DNA of 64,000 nucleotides from Owenia fusiformis (Eukaryota): NCBI GenBank assembly GCA_903813345.2, contig CAIIXF020000001.1, positions 35,650,001 to 35,714,000 of the forward strand, read 5' to 3'. Shown piece by piece: positions 23,401 to 35,400 of this stretch (position 1 is its first letter; each line of letters starts with the position of its first letter). The notes under the pieces were generated by a model. It saw only the letters and a program-made list of their open reading frames with translations, ran no database searches and was not told where the DNA came from. The position numbers and the translations under genes were made by a program.

Positions 23401-26400
23401 TTACCACAGTTCATGCCTTCTTGATTAGCTGTGCAGACCTGATGAAATAGATATACGTTGTGCGGTTAAGCTGTGCTACATCTAGATAGAGGTGAGTGAT
23501 TGTGGACAGGTGAGTGATTTAAGTCAGGTGAGTGATTTTGGACAGTGGTTCCAAACAGTGCGGTGCGGTTGCCTAACTGATTACTGGGCAGTTGCGAGTG
23601 ATTTTGGACAGTGGTTCCAGACAGTGTGGTGCGGTTGCGTAACTGTGTAGATGCAGAGGCATTCTTTATTTTCTTTATTTTATAATTTTAGGGTGAAGTC
23701 AAGGTAGGTGATCTAATACACATTGTTTATGTGTGCTGCATACAGATAAAGTTTAGTGACTCTGTGTTAATAGATTGAGTGATTTTGGACAGTGGTTCCA
23801 GATAGTGTGCTGCGGTTGCAGTTGTGCTATATACACAGTTATTCCTTATTTTTTACTTTTACGTTTCAGTTAAGGTAGGTGATTTAATACACCATCGTTT
23901 AGTTTCCATTATTGCATCGTGGAGTGTTGCCCTTCCAATATATATACTTTTTTCCATATATCATGCAACTGAGTAGAACCCTGTAAATCAATGTATTAGT
24001 GTTGTTACGTATATATCATGTCCGAGAGAAGTTTGAGGAAAAGATCCTCTGCTCTAGCAATTGGTGAAGAATGTCATAGTGAGAAATTACGCCAAAGCAA
24101 CCTTTTTGAACAAAACAAGTGCCTCTTTTGTGAAAAAGATCTGAAATATCTCAAAGGAAACACAAAAGAATCATTAACAAAATGCCAAACAGACAACGCT
24201 TCAACATCAATAATAAATGCAGTGAAAGCCCAAGAAGACTGGACTTTACATGCAAAAATAGGAGGACGCTGTTTGATATCAGCAGAAGCTTGGTACCATA
24301 AAACCTGTAGAAGAAATTACTTGTGCAAGAAAGTACGAACGATAAATGAAGAGGAAAAGGTTTTAATAACATCATTTGACTTCATATGTAAGCATATAGA
24401 TGAACATGTCCTTCAAACCGATGGAGTTGAAACACTTGAACATGTCCATGAGCTGTATCAGGCACATATGAAGGAAAACAATCTGAGTGACTATAACCCC
24501 TAAATATAAACAGCTCTTCCTGAAGAACAAACTTTCTGTTCGCTATAAAGATGACCTTTGTTGCAATCTACTCTTAATTGCCTTTCATTTGAGTATAATA
24601 AAGCTATACTTCATAAAGATCTAAAAATTAGCGAAAATTTCTGTTTTCCTGAAAAACACAGAATATATGTGAAATAGATAGATGTTGCGAATATAAATAT
24701 ATAAATTATATATAATAATATAAATTTCAAACAATAATATTAATTACTTTGGTTTAGAATGAAAAATTTATGATTTTTGCGAAAAAGTCCCGTCATTTTT
24801 AAAGCGGCAGCCATCTTGAAAAAATTTTTTTTGCGTAAAACTATTCATCAATATACATCTTTCCACCAAATATGAAGAAAATCCGTCAACTAATATTTGA
24901 GTTATCTTCCGGACGGACGGACGGACTGACTGACTGACTGACATACTGACGGACGGACGGACGGACGGACGGACGGAGGGAGGGCTTAACTATATCCCTA
25001 CCGAACTTCGTTCGTTGGGATAAAAATGTAGATATCAAGGAAAACTGACATTATTTTTTCACTTTGAACACAAATAAAGAATTCTTAGGAAATTGTGCCA
25101 TGGCCCCTTTCTAATTTTTTTGCAAAGCCAGTTTACCATCAGCAAGTAGAATTCTTTGTATGGCTAAGATAAAGCATCAAATGATTTAATTTTATGAAAC
25201 ATACTCTAAATAAATTTTCTAAAATGTTCTCATCCTGACTGTCATAAAAATATTATGTGTTTTGTGTCAAGGTATGTCTTAGATTTTTAAGAAAATACAA
25301 TCTTTTTTAACAAATGATTTCTGTTACCATAACAACCAGCAGACCAACAATAGTGAAACTTCCCATGATGGTTAAACATCATAACTATACTAATATCTGT
25401 TAATATCAGAATGAATAGTCATATATTTATTCACAAACTTGGGTACAAATAAAGTTTTCTTGGGAAAAGTGCCACGCCCCCTTTTATACATTTTTTGCAT
25501 AGCCATATTATCATCGGCAAATATAATTAATTGTATGGCTAAAATAAAACATCAATTGATTTAGTATTATCAACCATACTCTAAATAAGTTTTCTAATAT
25601 GTTTTCATGCTAATTCCTCCCAATTCCAGGAAAATATTATGTGCTTTGTCTCAGGGTAGGTCTTAAATTTTTACGAAAATGTGTACTTTTTTAACAAGTG
25701 ATTTCTGTTACCATAGCAACCAGTTAACCAATATTGATGAAACTGCTCACAATGATAGGACATGATAAGAAGATGGTTACCTGTAAATTTCAAGATGATT
25801 GGTTGGATACTCTAGGAATTATACATGGCTTTCCTAGGACCCCTCTTAAAATAACACCAGGGGGGTATAAATCTGCATATTTCCAAAACGCTGAAAAACT
25901 AGACACCAATAGTTTCAGAATCAATGTAGAATAATAAACCTCAAAAAACCTACATAAAGAGAAATTTGCTACTTTTCAAAACCACTTTTACATTATGCTC
26001 ATCCAGTATAAGGGGCTCAATGCTTGTCTAAGATATCTCAAAATACATGTAATTTAAAACTCATTTCATTAAAAGAAATGAACATACCATACTTTTCTAT
26101 AGGTTAAAGGGTATCTATATTTTGGCCCAAGGTGTATGTTAATGGGGCATAAAAAGACCAGGTATGGTCACTAGTCAAGCTACAAGCCCATATGACCCGC
26201 CATCCCACTACCTGACTACACATCTTCTCACACAAGATGATAAAGAAAACAAACAGGGGGGGGTCCAGAGTCTTGAGGCAAGACTATTATGAACTCATCT
26301 TGACACATTTTTCAACGTGTCAGATTAATTTTCTGAAAAGATGCCCTTTCTTTTATCATTCTTGAGATCAAAAGTTTCTTTTGTGCTACATCAGTAACTT

Positions 26401-29400
26401 CAGGGGGTGGGGACAGCATTGATATGAAATAAGGTGGAAAACAACATATTATATGCTATTTTCCAAGGGAAAACTCATGCTATCCATTGTTTTCAGCTCA
26501 AGTTTGGTCACAAACATTTCTTCTAATTTATTCTTGTCAATTTACTTTTCAAAAATTTAAGGTCTCTTGTTATTTATATAAGACATGCAATGAAATTGAG
26601 AAAAACAAGGAAGGTCCACTAATTCTTAAAAAATAAGTTCAATATTTTGAAAATGTGTTGAGGCGAGGTCCTAATCCACGTTTGTTTGGGGAGTGATAGA
26701 TAATTTTCCTGAGGACCTTTAACTTAAATCATTCGGCATACCTGGTCCTTTCAAATTCATTTTTGCATCATGATCTTGAAGGGATCACAAAGGCCTAACA
26801 TCACAGAATCACGCTTTAAATTCAAAATGTCCACTCAATTATCCAGCATACAATAGCAACAGCACTTTTGAGTGTGAATAATGTGTGATCTTCGAGCTGC
26901 TGAAAAATTTGCTTTGTCTTCATTTTATACAGAGAGAAGAAGGATTTACTATGCTGGAGGGTATATCTATACTTTTGCGCAAGCCAAGGCATATTGTGAG
27001 GGTCAAGGTCATACCATAGCTACACCTGGTCAGATGGATGCAGCATTTGAACTGGGAATGGCGATCTGTGGATATGGGTGGTTATCGGATGGCAGTATAA
27101 GATATCCCACACAAATGCCTTCACATACTGGGGGTTGTGGAAAACGAGGAGTCAACACCATTTTTAATCGAAATCCCCATCATTTGTTTGGGGTTTATTG
27201 CTCTCGCTAGTTAAGTGCAAGATGACTCACACATATGTAATCTAGCTGGAGTTTACTGCTAACACAGTCTTTCAATGAAATCCTTTGTAATGATAAACTC
27301 GTATTTCAATGTTAAAGTATCAAAATAAACTAATGTAACTGGATAGTGATTACAATAGTTAATATTGAATGAGATATGGCAGGAGACAAATTTTTTAAGA
27401 CAAACTCTTTTTAATACACAATATCAACTATTAGGTACTGAATTATGTTCAGCCTACTTGACATTAAAGCTACTTTACATACTACCTCCTAAAATTAAGG
27501 GTTGGGACATATTTGATGAAAAACTTGAGATACTGTAAAAATAAAATCTTTCCATGTTAATATTGAAAGCTAAAACTGGAAGCATTTGTAACAAGGTCAA
27601 ATAAGAAAACTCACCCATTTAAAATAATTTCACTTGTAATTAGAAAATATTGTTTGGTCTTTTTACTGCCACAACAATCATATCCAAGCATTGAAACCAG
27701 TAGATACATAGGAATAGAGTTACCTTACCTGCCCTCCACTCCAATACTTTGATATTAACTCCATTATCCCCAAAAAATATTTTATCTCTCGACACCTGCA
27801 AGCTGAGAATATTTCTGAGAATAAGGCTCCCTCTGGTGACTGATTGTACATTCTCTGACTCGTACATCGTGCAAAGTGTTCGGTCACGTACAGTGTAGAT
27901 CTTGATGGTGCCATCGCTACACGAACAATGTATCGAGTCCTCAACTACCTGTAATAAAAATAAAGTACATCTAAGGCCAAACTGCCCTAATATGTCACTT
28001 CTGCTGAATAGAAAAAAGTAGTTTTCAAAAATGAATGTAGTCCCAACACAATTGTGATCATGACGAGTCAGTAAGCTAGTATGTACAGTTGTCATCTTTT
28101 TGCAATGACAACATGCCATTTCTTCTGAAAATGTGTTTATTTGGGTTATCTGAAGGAAAACTTCGAGTCAAGTGGCGTATTAATTTTGCCTTCATTTTTG
28201 TGAATTTCAATTTCTGTCGGCAGAGAGAGGGGGTAGTGTCACGATTGACAAATTATTTCAAAAAGTAGATGTTTGGCCCCTATTGAGTTAAGTGTCAAAA
28301 TGTAGCTTAGACATAGCTTTAGAACCTCATATGGGCCAATGAGGCCACATAAATCCATAACTCGAGATAAAAAGTCAGGCGTCTGCCCTTTTGCCCATTG
28401 ACTAGTATGGTGACGTGAATTAGGGCAGTTTTGTCCAAGAGATAAACACAACACACGATAAGTTCGGTGTCTTTTATTTCTTTTTTTTTACTTTTACATC
28501 ACCCCTGACCACACTGACACATGGTTAACCGATAGTTTGTTATTGTTGGTCAAATATTTGACCAATAGCTTGGAGCCTTAAAAATGCTTTCCTATTAGCC
28601 AATCAGCTATGGCGTTACAGCAATGGTTAAGTTTTGAAACATAATATAAAAAGAACTCTGGTTGTGGAATCACAAATGTATAAAATCAATGTAAGGCAAT
28701 ATTAGTTGATTATTTCAAACTAAAGAAGACATTCCATTAACCTTTGAAAAAAGCATGAAATATGCATGGTTTGCATGAAATATGCATGGTTTGCATTTTC
28801 ATGAGCTGCGTAAAACATTGTCAAATGGATTTTTAAATGTAAAATAACGAATTGAAAAACTGAATTGAAACAAATAAGTATAGACTTACATGGATGCATG
28901 TTACACGATCCTCAAACGCTAATACAGAATGGACAGTTTCTCCACTAACAGGATCCCACAGCTCTAACTTGCCACCATCTGTAAAATGTAAACATTGCTA
29001 CATTGGGGGGAATACTTTGCCTGAAATATCATTTTGTTTACCATAATATTGAATGACTAAAGCACCATAATAACTCAGTAAACATTGTGGAGGGGGATTA
29101 CTTTGACAGTCAACCTTTGTTAAGGTCAATAATTGTGTCTTAGTTATGGCTAATTTATAATACTGATATGACACTTAAATAATATGAACTCATCATTAGA
29201 CAGGGAGAAAGTATTTTTATTACCAACAATGGTCATCAGATGCTTGACATTTTCAACTCGCTAAGTGTTATTTATGTAATATTTTATTATTTCAAACTGA
29301 AGACAGAAATGCATGTGAATGTCTACAGCATCTTATAATGACACTGACACAATGACACAAAGCTAGGGTGATAGATACTAACCTGAGCCAGATACAATCA

Positions 29401-32400
29401 GTCCAGCACCTCCAATGTAGCCAATCGTTGTTACTGGATTAAATGTATAAATGGATTTCAATGTTGAGCCTAAAAATAAATGTTTAACATGTTTAAGTTA
29501 AGAGAAAACAAAGAAACATGACAAAGTCTATGCCATGAACACAATAATTCACATTATTACAGCAAAACCTATTAAGTGGAACACTTGATTTTAACCAAGG
29601 CTGTTCCACTCACAAAGGTTTTACTATATTTTTGTAACCAGTTGAGACAAACATAATGTTCAGACTATTGACATTGTGAAATTGATATTTTTGTATTGTT
29701 TATTCAACTGTAAACTAAACATTAATATTAACACAATGGTCATAAATTCAATTAATGATCCAAATGTTTACAAAAGATGCACATTTAGAGGTGCACATCT
29801 GCATAATAATTCAATATACTTTAACAATGGATTATACATGAGACTATAAACTAAAATCATCATGAGTCAGCATGCAGGCGGTGCAGTTGTCTGATGGGGA
29901 TTCATTGAAAAGCTTACCAGTATCTATGGACCAAAGCCTAAGAGAGCAATCCAAGGATCCGCTCACCACAATCCTGTCTGTATCATTCAAATTGTATTCT
30001 CTACCTAAAAATACATGTTTTGGTTTACATACTATTAAGGTAGAAACTTTGTTTTATTTGCATGATGTCAAAAATCTAGCATTGGTGGAATAGATTACTT
30101 ATTTTCATATTGATAATCTATACGCCTTTCACAAAAACTCATGTTTATATCATGAATTATTAATGCACCAATTACTTAAGATGGTATCCAAATGCTGACA
30201 TTTGAAAAAAAACAAACTTGATTTATTATGGTTTAACAACCTTTCCAAATTACAAATGATAATTTGTTAAATGAAAATGATGATTTGTAATCCATTTCAG
30301 CGCCCTCACCAGGAAATATCTGGGGTGTGAGGAAAACATCTGCAACATAGCGTCCAATGGTGATACAGGATGGTCAAAAAACTAGAAACCCTAACACCAT
30401 TTTTGTAATATCAATTGCAGACCTCAAAAGTGAGATCATCTGTATCATTCAGGCCATACCTGCTAAGGAATGTATTTGTATCATTGACAACTGTACAGGT
30501 TTGCCAACAGTGCAATAATGCCAAACCTATGTTGTTTAAAGTGCTGTAAAATTGTGACTATCAGTCTGATGGTCATGAAATATGGTAGGGTTGTAGGAAA
30601 TTGAATGATTTACAAATATATGAAATATCAGGGAGTAATTTCAAAGATATGAGGAAAATGCAGGGTTTCCGTTTTTTGACCACCCTGTAAATCATATTTA
30701 TGTTACATTTTATCCTTTTATATCCTATTCACAGTCTATTCAGTCAAGTTTAGACTGTGGAAACCAGCATGATTTGCCAAAAGGTTGTGTTAGGGGCTAA
30801 ATAGAGTGTGGTGCTGGGCAACAGTCTAAAAGCCTAGCGAGAGCCCTGCCCTTTCATTTTCCTTGGCAATCATCATTTTCAATTAACAATATCTTCATTT
30901 ACACTCTCTCCCAATAAAACCAACTTTGCTCCGCCGCAATTATTGATAATGTAAACCTGTTTTCGAATCTCTTGTGGTGCTGCTACTATTTGAAGTCTAC
31001 CCACCAATTATTGTTGAATGTTGTTCATCTAGTAGGACTATAGCAGTGACAGTCCCAGAGTGACCCCCCAGATTCCTGATTTCTGCGCATGTAGCACAAT
31101 TCCAGACCTTTACTGCTGTGTCTTTCCTGTGAACAATAAAAATGATGGCACTGTAAAACATATTACGATCATATTTACATGTACCTGTTTCACCACATAT
31201 TTTTTCATGTCAGATACATGTCAGGCATACATACAAGTATATGTGCATATGTATGTACATGTATTTTAGTATAAAGAGAACGTTTTAAAAGAGATCTTAC
31301 CCCCCAGATATTGCTATTTGTCCATCACATGCCACAGTACACACAGAATCCTCATGTCCCTCTAGGGTACGCACATCAAAGCTGATGTTTCTCCATTGTT
31401 GTAACTCTTCAATTCTTTTTTGATCCTCACTCTTCCCTGCAACACACATAATCTTGATATATTCCCTTATTGATTATTCTCTATATTCTGTTTCTTAAAG
31501 GGCTTTATACTGCTTGCAAAGCTCAGTTACTTCCCTTCCATTTACCCATTCTCTAGATCTTTTAATCATACATCACTTCAAAATCTTTTTCCACAGAGTA
31601 TAGCTTTTGGTCAACCTTAAAAACACAGTACACTCTCTGAATTATACTACATTGTGTACCAGATCACAAGCTACAAATCAACTAACAACTGGCCTAGTTA
31701 ACTTAACTTTTGGAGATTACAAGGAATAAAAATAAATCCATAAAAGGTGTCCCCTTAGACATATTTAGTGATTAATGACAGGCAGGTGGCCTTAAGCCCT
31801 CTATTTGTGACACTTAGTCCCTTAAAGGTTCTATTGTACCCTCATAGCTTATATCATTTTAGTGCTCCAACATGGCAAGTAATGCAATTATTACAAGTTT
31901 AACGCATTAATGTAATATTTGACATTACATTTCCCAATTTACAGTGTTTTAGTGATCTTAATATTTTGTGTATGAAATGGATATTAAGGAACATGTCAAT
32001 TCAAGGTTATGTAGACCTCAAAGTCTGAGTCTTTAAAGGGAGCCCTTTAAACATAAAGCAAGTACAGTGTACATCTTAAATCACAATGTAGAAGAGAATA
32101 TAAAATACTTGTTGCATTAGAACTGGGAGGGCATTGTTCTCTCCTCACAGGTGAATTTGAACTTTGGTATTCCATATGATCAAGGTCAAAACAGTGGTTT
32201 TAAATTAAAACATAATAATACAGAAACAATGTTTGAAATACACAAGACCAACCTGCTTTCAGCTTCTTTTGACTTGTCACTGGAACATTTTTCTGCTCAG
32301 TTTCTTGCTGTCTGAAAAAAACAAGTTGATTGTGAGTATTCATATCTTGAATCACAACAGTATGTTCACCCAATAAACGTCTCTAGTGTTTATATATAAG

Positions 32401-35400
32401 ATGTAATATGTTGACCTTCATAATAATTATCATTTGCATACTTTAGAGTTTGTTCCTGTTTACGTCTTTTAACAGGTACAGGAGGGGTCTGTGTTTGATC
32501 TGGGGTAGTCTCCATGGTAGCTTTTGAAGCAACTTCTGGTAAAGATTGTTCATCACATATGGCTTCAGTATCTCCCTCTCCATTTACTTCAGCAGTAATT
32601 GGTGGTTCTAGGTCAATTTCTGATTTGTTTATGGCACTGTTATCATTGGCTGTGATATCTGCATTAAAACAAGGAGTCGCCATTCATTATTTTACAGCAG
32701 TTGGTTGACTTGATTTGATAAACTATCAAGGGGTTAAGTGCCAGATTCGTCTGGCATGGGGATCGATACTATTTTTCATAAATTTGAAAGAAAATATCAC
32801 AATTTCAATTTATTAACTCAGATTTTCATATCGTATCAAAAATAGCCTACTTCAATACTTCATGCAATAGGCACATCATTTGGGTAACCTTCATTTCTGT
32901 TTGATATCCAATAAGGCTAGGAGTAAAAGATATTGGAAAGAGCGCAAGGGTACCATAATCTAAATCATATGTTTTAGTTTTTAACTTCCTAATGTCATAT
33001 TATAGCAACTTGATTATTTTTTTGAAGTCTTTATTAACTCTCATAAGTAAGACCTAGAATTAAGGTTTTAGAATTTTAGTTTTTCCAAAAAATAATCTTA
33101 ACATTTCTTGACCACTTTTAGGGTATTGTCCACTATTGGGGGTCAGGTTTAAACAAGAAATTCAGATCCCCATAGTTAATGCTTACCACTAAAACTTGAT
33201 TCAACAGATAAGTTGCTTGTTGAAGCATCTTCCAGGAGTTCATTACCCTCAGAAATTTGTGAAAGGTATTCAAGTAGTTTTGATCTTATATCCAACTTCT
33301 TAATTACCTGTAATTTAAAGCAAGGTAGTTCTGTAGTTTGTTTGTTTAATCTTTATTTCCTCCAAAATAATGGAGTTAGACCATTTTACATAAAATATAA
33401 CTTGTAATAACATAACATAGTTACATATTTTGGAAAACATCAACATTAGATCAGATTCATAATTCTATTGAGTAATTTGAATCCAGAAAATAAGCAATCA
33501 AAGTACCATATTGAAACAGTATATGTAAAAATAGAAACATTTATACTGTACATGGCCTAACTTTTGTATATTCTAGTTTGTTTTGTAGTGTTGCTACCAT
33601 ATTATGCACGGTGACCAAGAGTTAACAGTGCAAATCGGCCCGGTCGTGTTTTTTTAAACTCTTTAGTCGTGTTTTGTTGAAAATTTGAGAGGTAGGTTGA
33701 TAAATTTGGTCATGAAATTGCTGTCACTTGACTTTATGTAAAAGTAAGTAATTTATATTGCTTTCCATACTATATATCTTAACTTCAGGTATTCGTAAAC
33801 GTGTTATTTGCACGAATCGTATGCTATAGTCTTGTTATATCGGGAAATGAGCAATTCTGTCAGTGTTTTACATATTTTGCCTGAAAATCACTTGCCTGAC
33901 TTGTATTCAATGAATACATCGATTCATAAGGAAAGCATTCACAATATGTGCGAAAATCAAAAGTTAGAAGAGCTTAAATAAGTAGCAATTGACCGAATAA
34001 TATTTTTTAGATTAAACTCTTTAGACGTGTTGAAAAGATTGCGGTTAATGACGTTGACCTGTTAGTGAGGTTTAACGATTTGGAAGTGGGAAACAGCACA
34101 ATTAACATTATGTATTTCCCAAAAAATGATCACAATGTGGAAGAAGTTGTTGTCTGAGTGACACTATCTTAATTATAAATGATTAACAATAATCAAATGT
34201 ACGACATAATATGTCAAGATTGATCTATGGGATCACTACCGAATTTGATACTTAAATCAAAATGGTTAGAATCAGACACGCATGGTTAATGCAAGCGAGC
34301 TTTGCCTCGTCGCTCGTCATTTTGAAAATTTGACCAGTCATATTATTTTTTAATTGCCCTGTCGCTCATTAAATGGCTCGTTGCTATTTTTGAATTTGCC
34401 TAAAATACGTTTTAAAACGTCCCTATTGGCCTTAAACTCACTTTTCCCTGTCAAGAACGTAAATAAATTTATTTAAAATGAGAGGAAATGTTTAGTTTGT
34501 GATGCACTACATGTAAATGCATATATATGATCACCTAACGTAAGGAATAACTCCACCGTTATTAAAATCGTATGCCCAATATCTATTAGGTTTGCCTCGG
34601 GATTTTTAACAATTTTATTCGATGTTATTCCCTAATTCGCCTCACACAATGCAATACAATTTCAATTTTAATTTTCAAATTGCAATAGGTAAAAAACGCT
34701 ACATATGCTGCTATCGTTCTATGAGTGATCTATGAACTGTAGTGTAACATAGTTTTCTAGCGAATTAAATTACAACATCTGTTGATCTTGTTAAATCATA
34801 TATCTGTCTTTTTTATTTATTCATATCTTGACTACAAATTACAATAAACGGGTGACACATAATGTATATTCCCGTGTTTAGTACTAATACGATTATTTTC
34901 AGAAGCACAGACAAATTATTAAGCAACAAAACATGGTCAATGTGAACAATATTACAAGACAATTCAAAGTCGTTAATTTTATCACGTCTAAAACGTTATC
35001 TTTACAATTCCAAAACGTTAACATGCTTATTATAAGACACGTCCATGACGTTATATTGTCCCTTCTCCATAGTTAACTCCACTTTCTACATTTACGGTCA
35101 TTTATGGCAATTTTAAGATAAATACAGTTAAAATATTTACACGATCTTTAGAGTAGTGAATATTATTCCACGTTGTTGAATGGATTGTCTGTTTAAACTT
35201 GATTAAATAACACTAAATGCAAATTAAGTACATATTTCTGGCACTTTTGGTATATAATTGCGATTGATATGAAGTATGATGGATTTATCCCCAAAATAGA
35301 TTCGTTGGTATGAAGAAGAACATCTTAGGTAGAAGTCAAGATATGTAAGTTTGTAAAATATAGAATATTCTTACCATTTTGCTCCATTCTATCGAATGTC

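Larger units (their letters stand above)
22153..26008 (+). mobile_element. Academ-type (AcademX-like) foldback DNA transposon, internally deleted, 704-bp TIRs
   Basis: TIRs 22153-22856 and 25305-26008 are near identical (about 5 mismatches seen by eye). Termini TACTGGATGAGC..GCTCATCCAGTA. 3-bp TSD TAA (22150-22152, 26009-26011). Internal transposase N-terminal remnant. Confidence 0.85.
21939..26134. mobile_element. Older ~340-bp TA-flanked MITE split by the Academ-type insertion
   Basis: TA|CTCCTTGGGGCAAAATATGATA at the left and TATCTATATTTTGGCCCAAGGTG|TA at the right are imperfect inverted repeats. Confidence 0.5.

Noticed and set aside
22227..25934. Two near-identical 66-aa ORFs on opposite strands (22227-22427, 25734-25934)
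   Set aside because: They are the two arms of the transposon TIR, start at TTG and have no recognisable domain.
22155..26006. Alternative reading as a Tc1/mariner element with TA TSD
   Set aside because: Treating TA as part of the TIR reveals a 3-bp duplication here (TAA) and at 40202-45075 (TAT), and the ORF remnants are not Tc1-like. Not fully excluded without more copies.
26152..26751. Short inverted pair AAAGACCAGGTATG / CATACCTGGTCCTTT, with similar weak pairs at ~8667-8890 and ~17042-17290
   Set aside because: Probably old MITEs, but too degenerate to fix ends or TSDs.
33908..34157. Short open stretches inside the Transib-like element (e.g. KLFRRVEKIAVNDVDLLVRF..)
   Set aside because: Under 60 aa and interrupted. 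I see no RAG1/Transib or RAG2 motif. A translated search would be needed.
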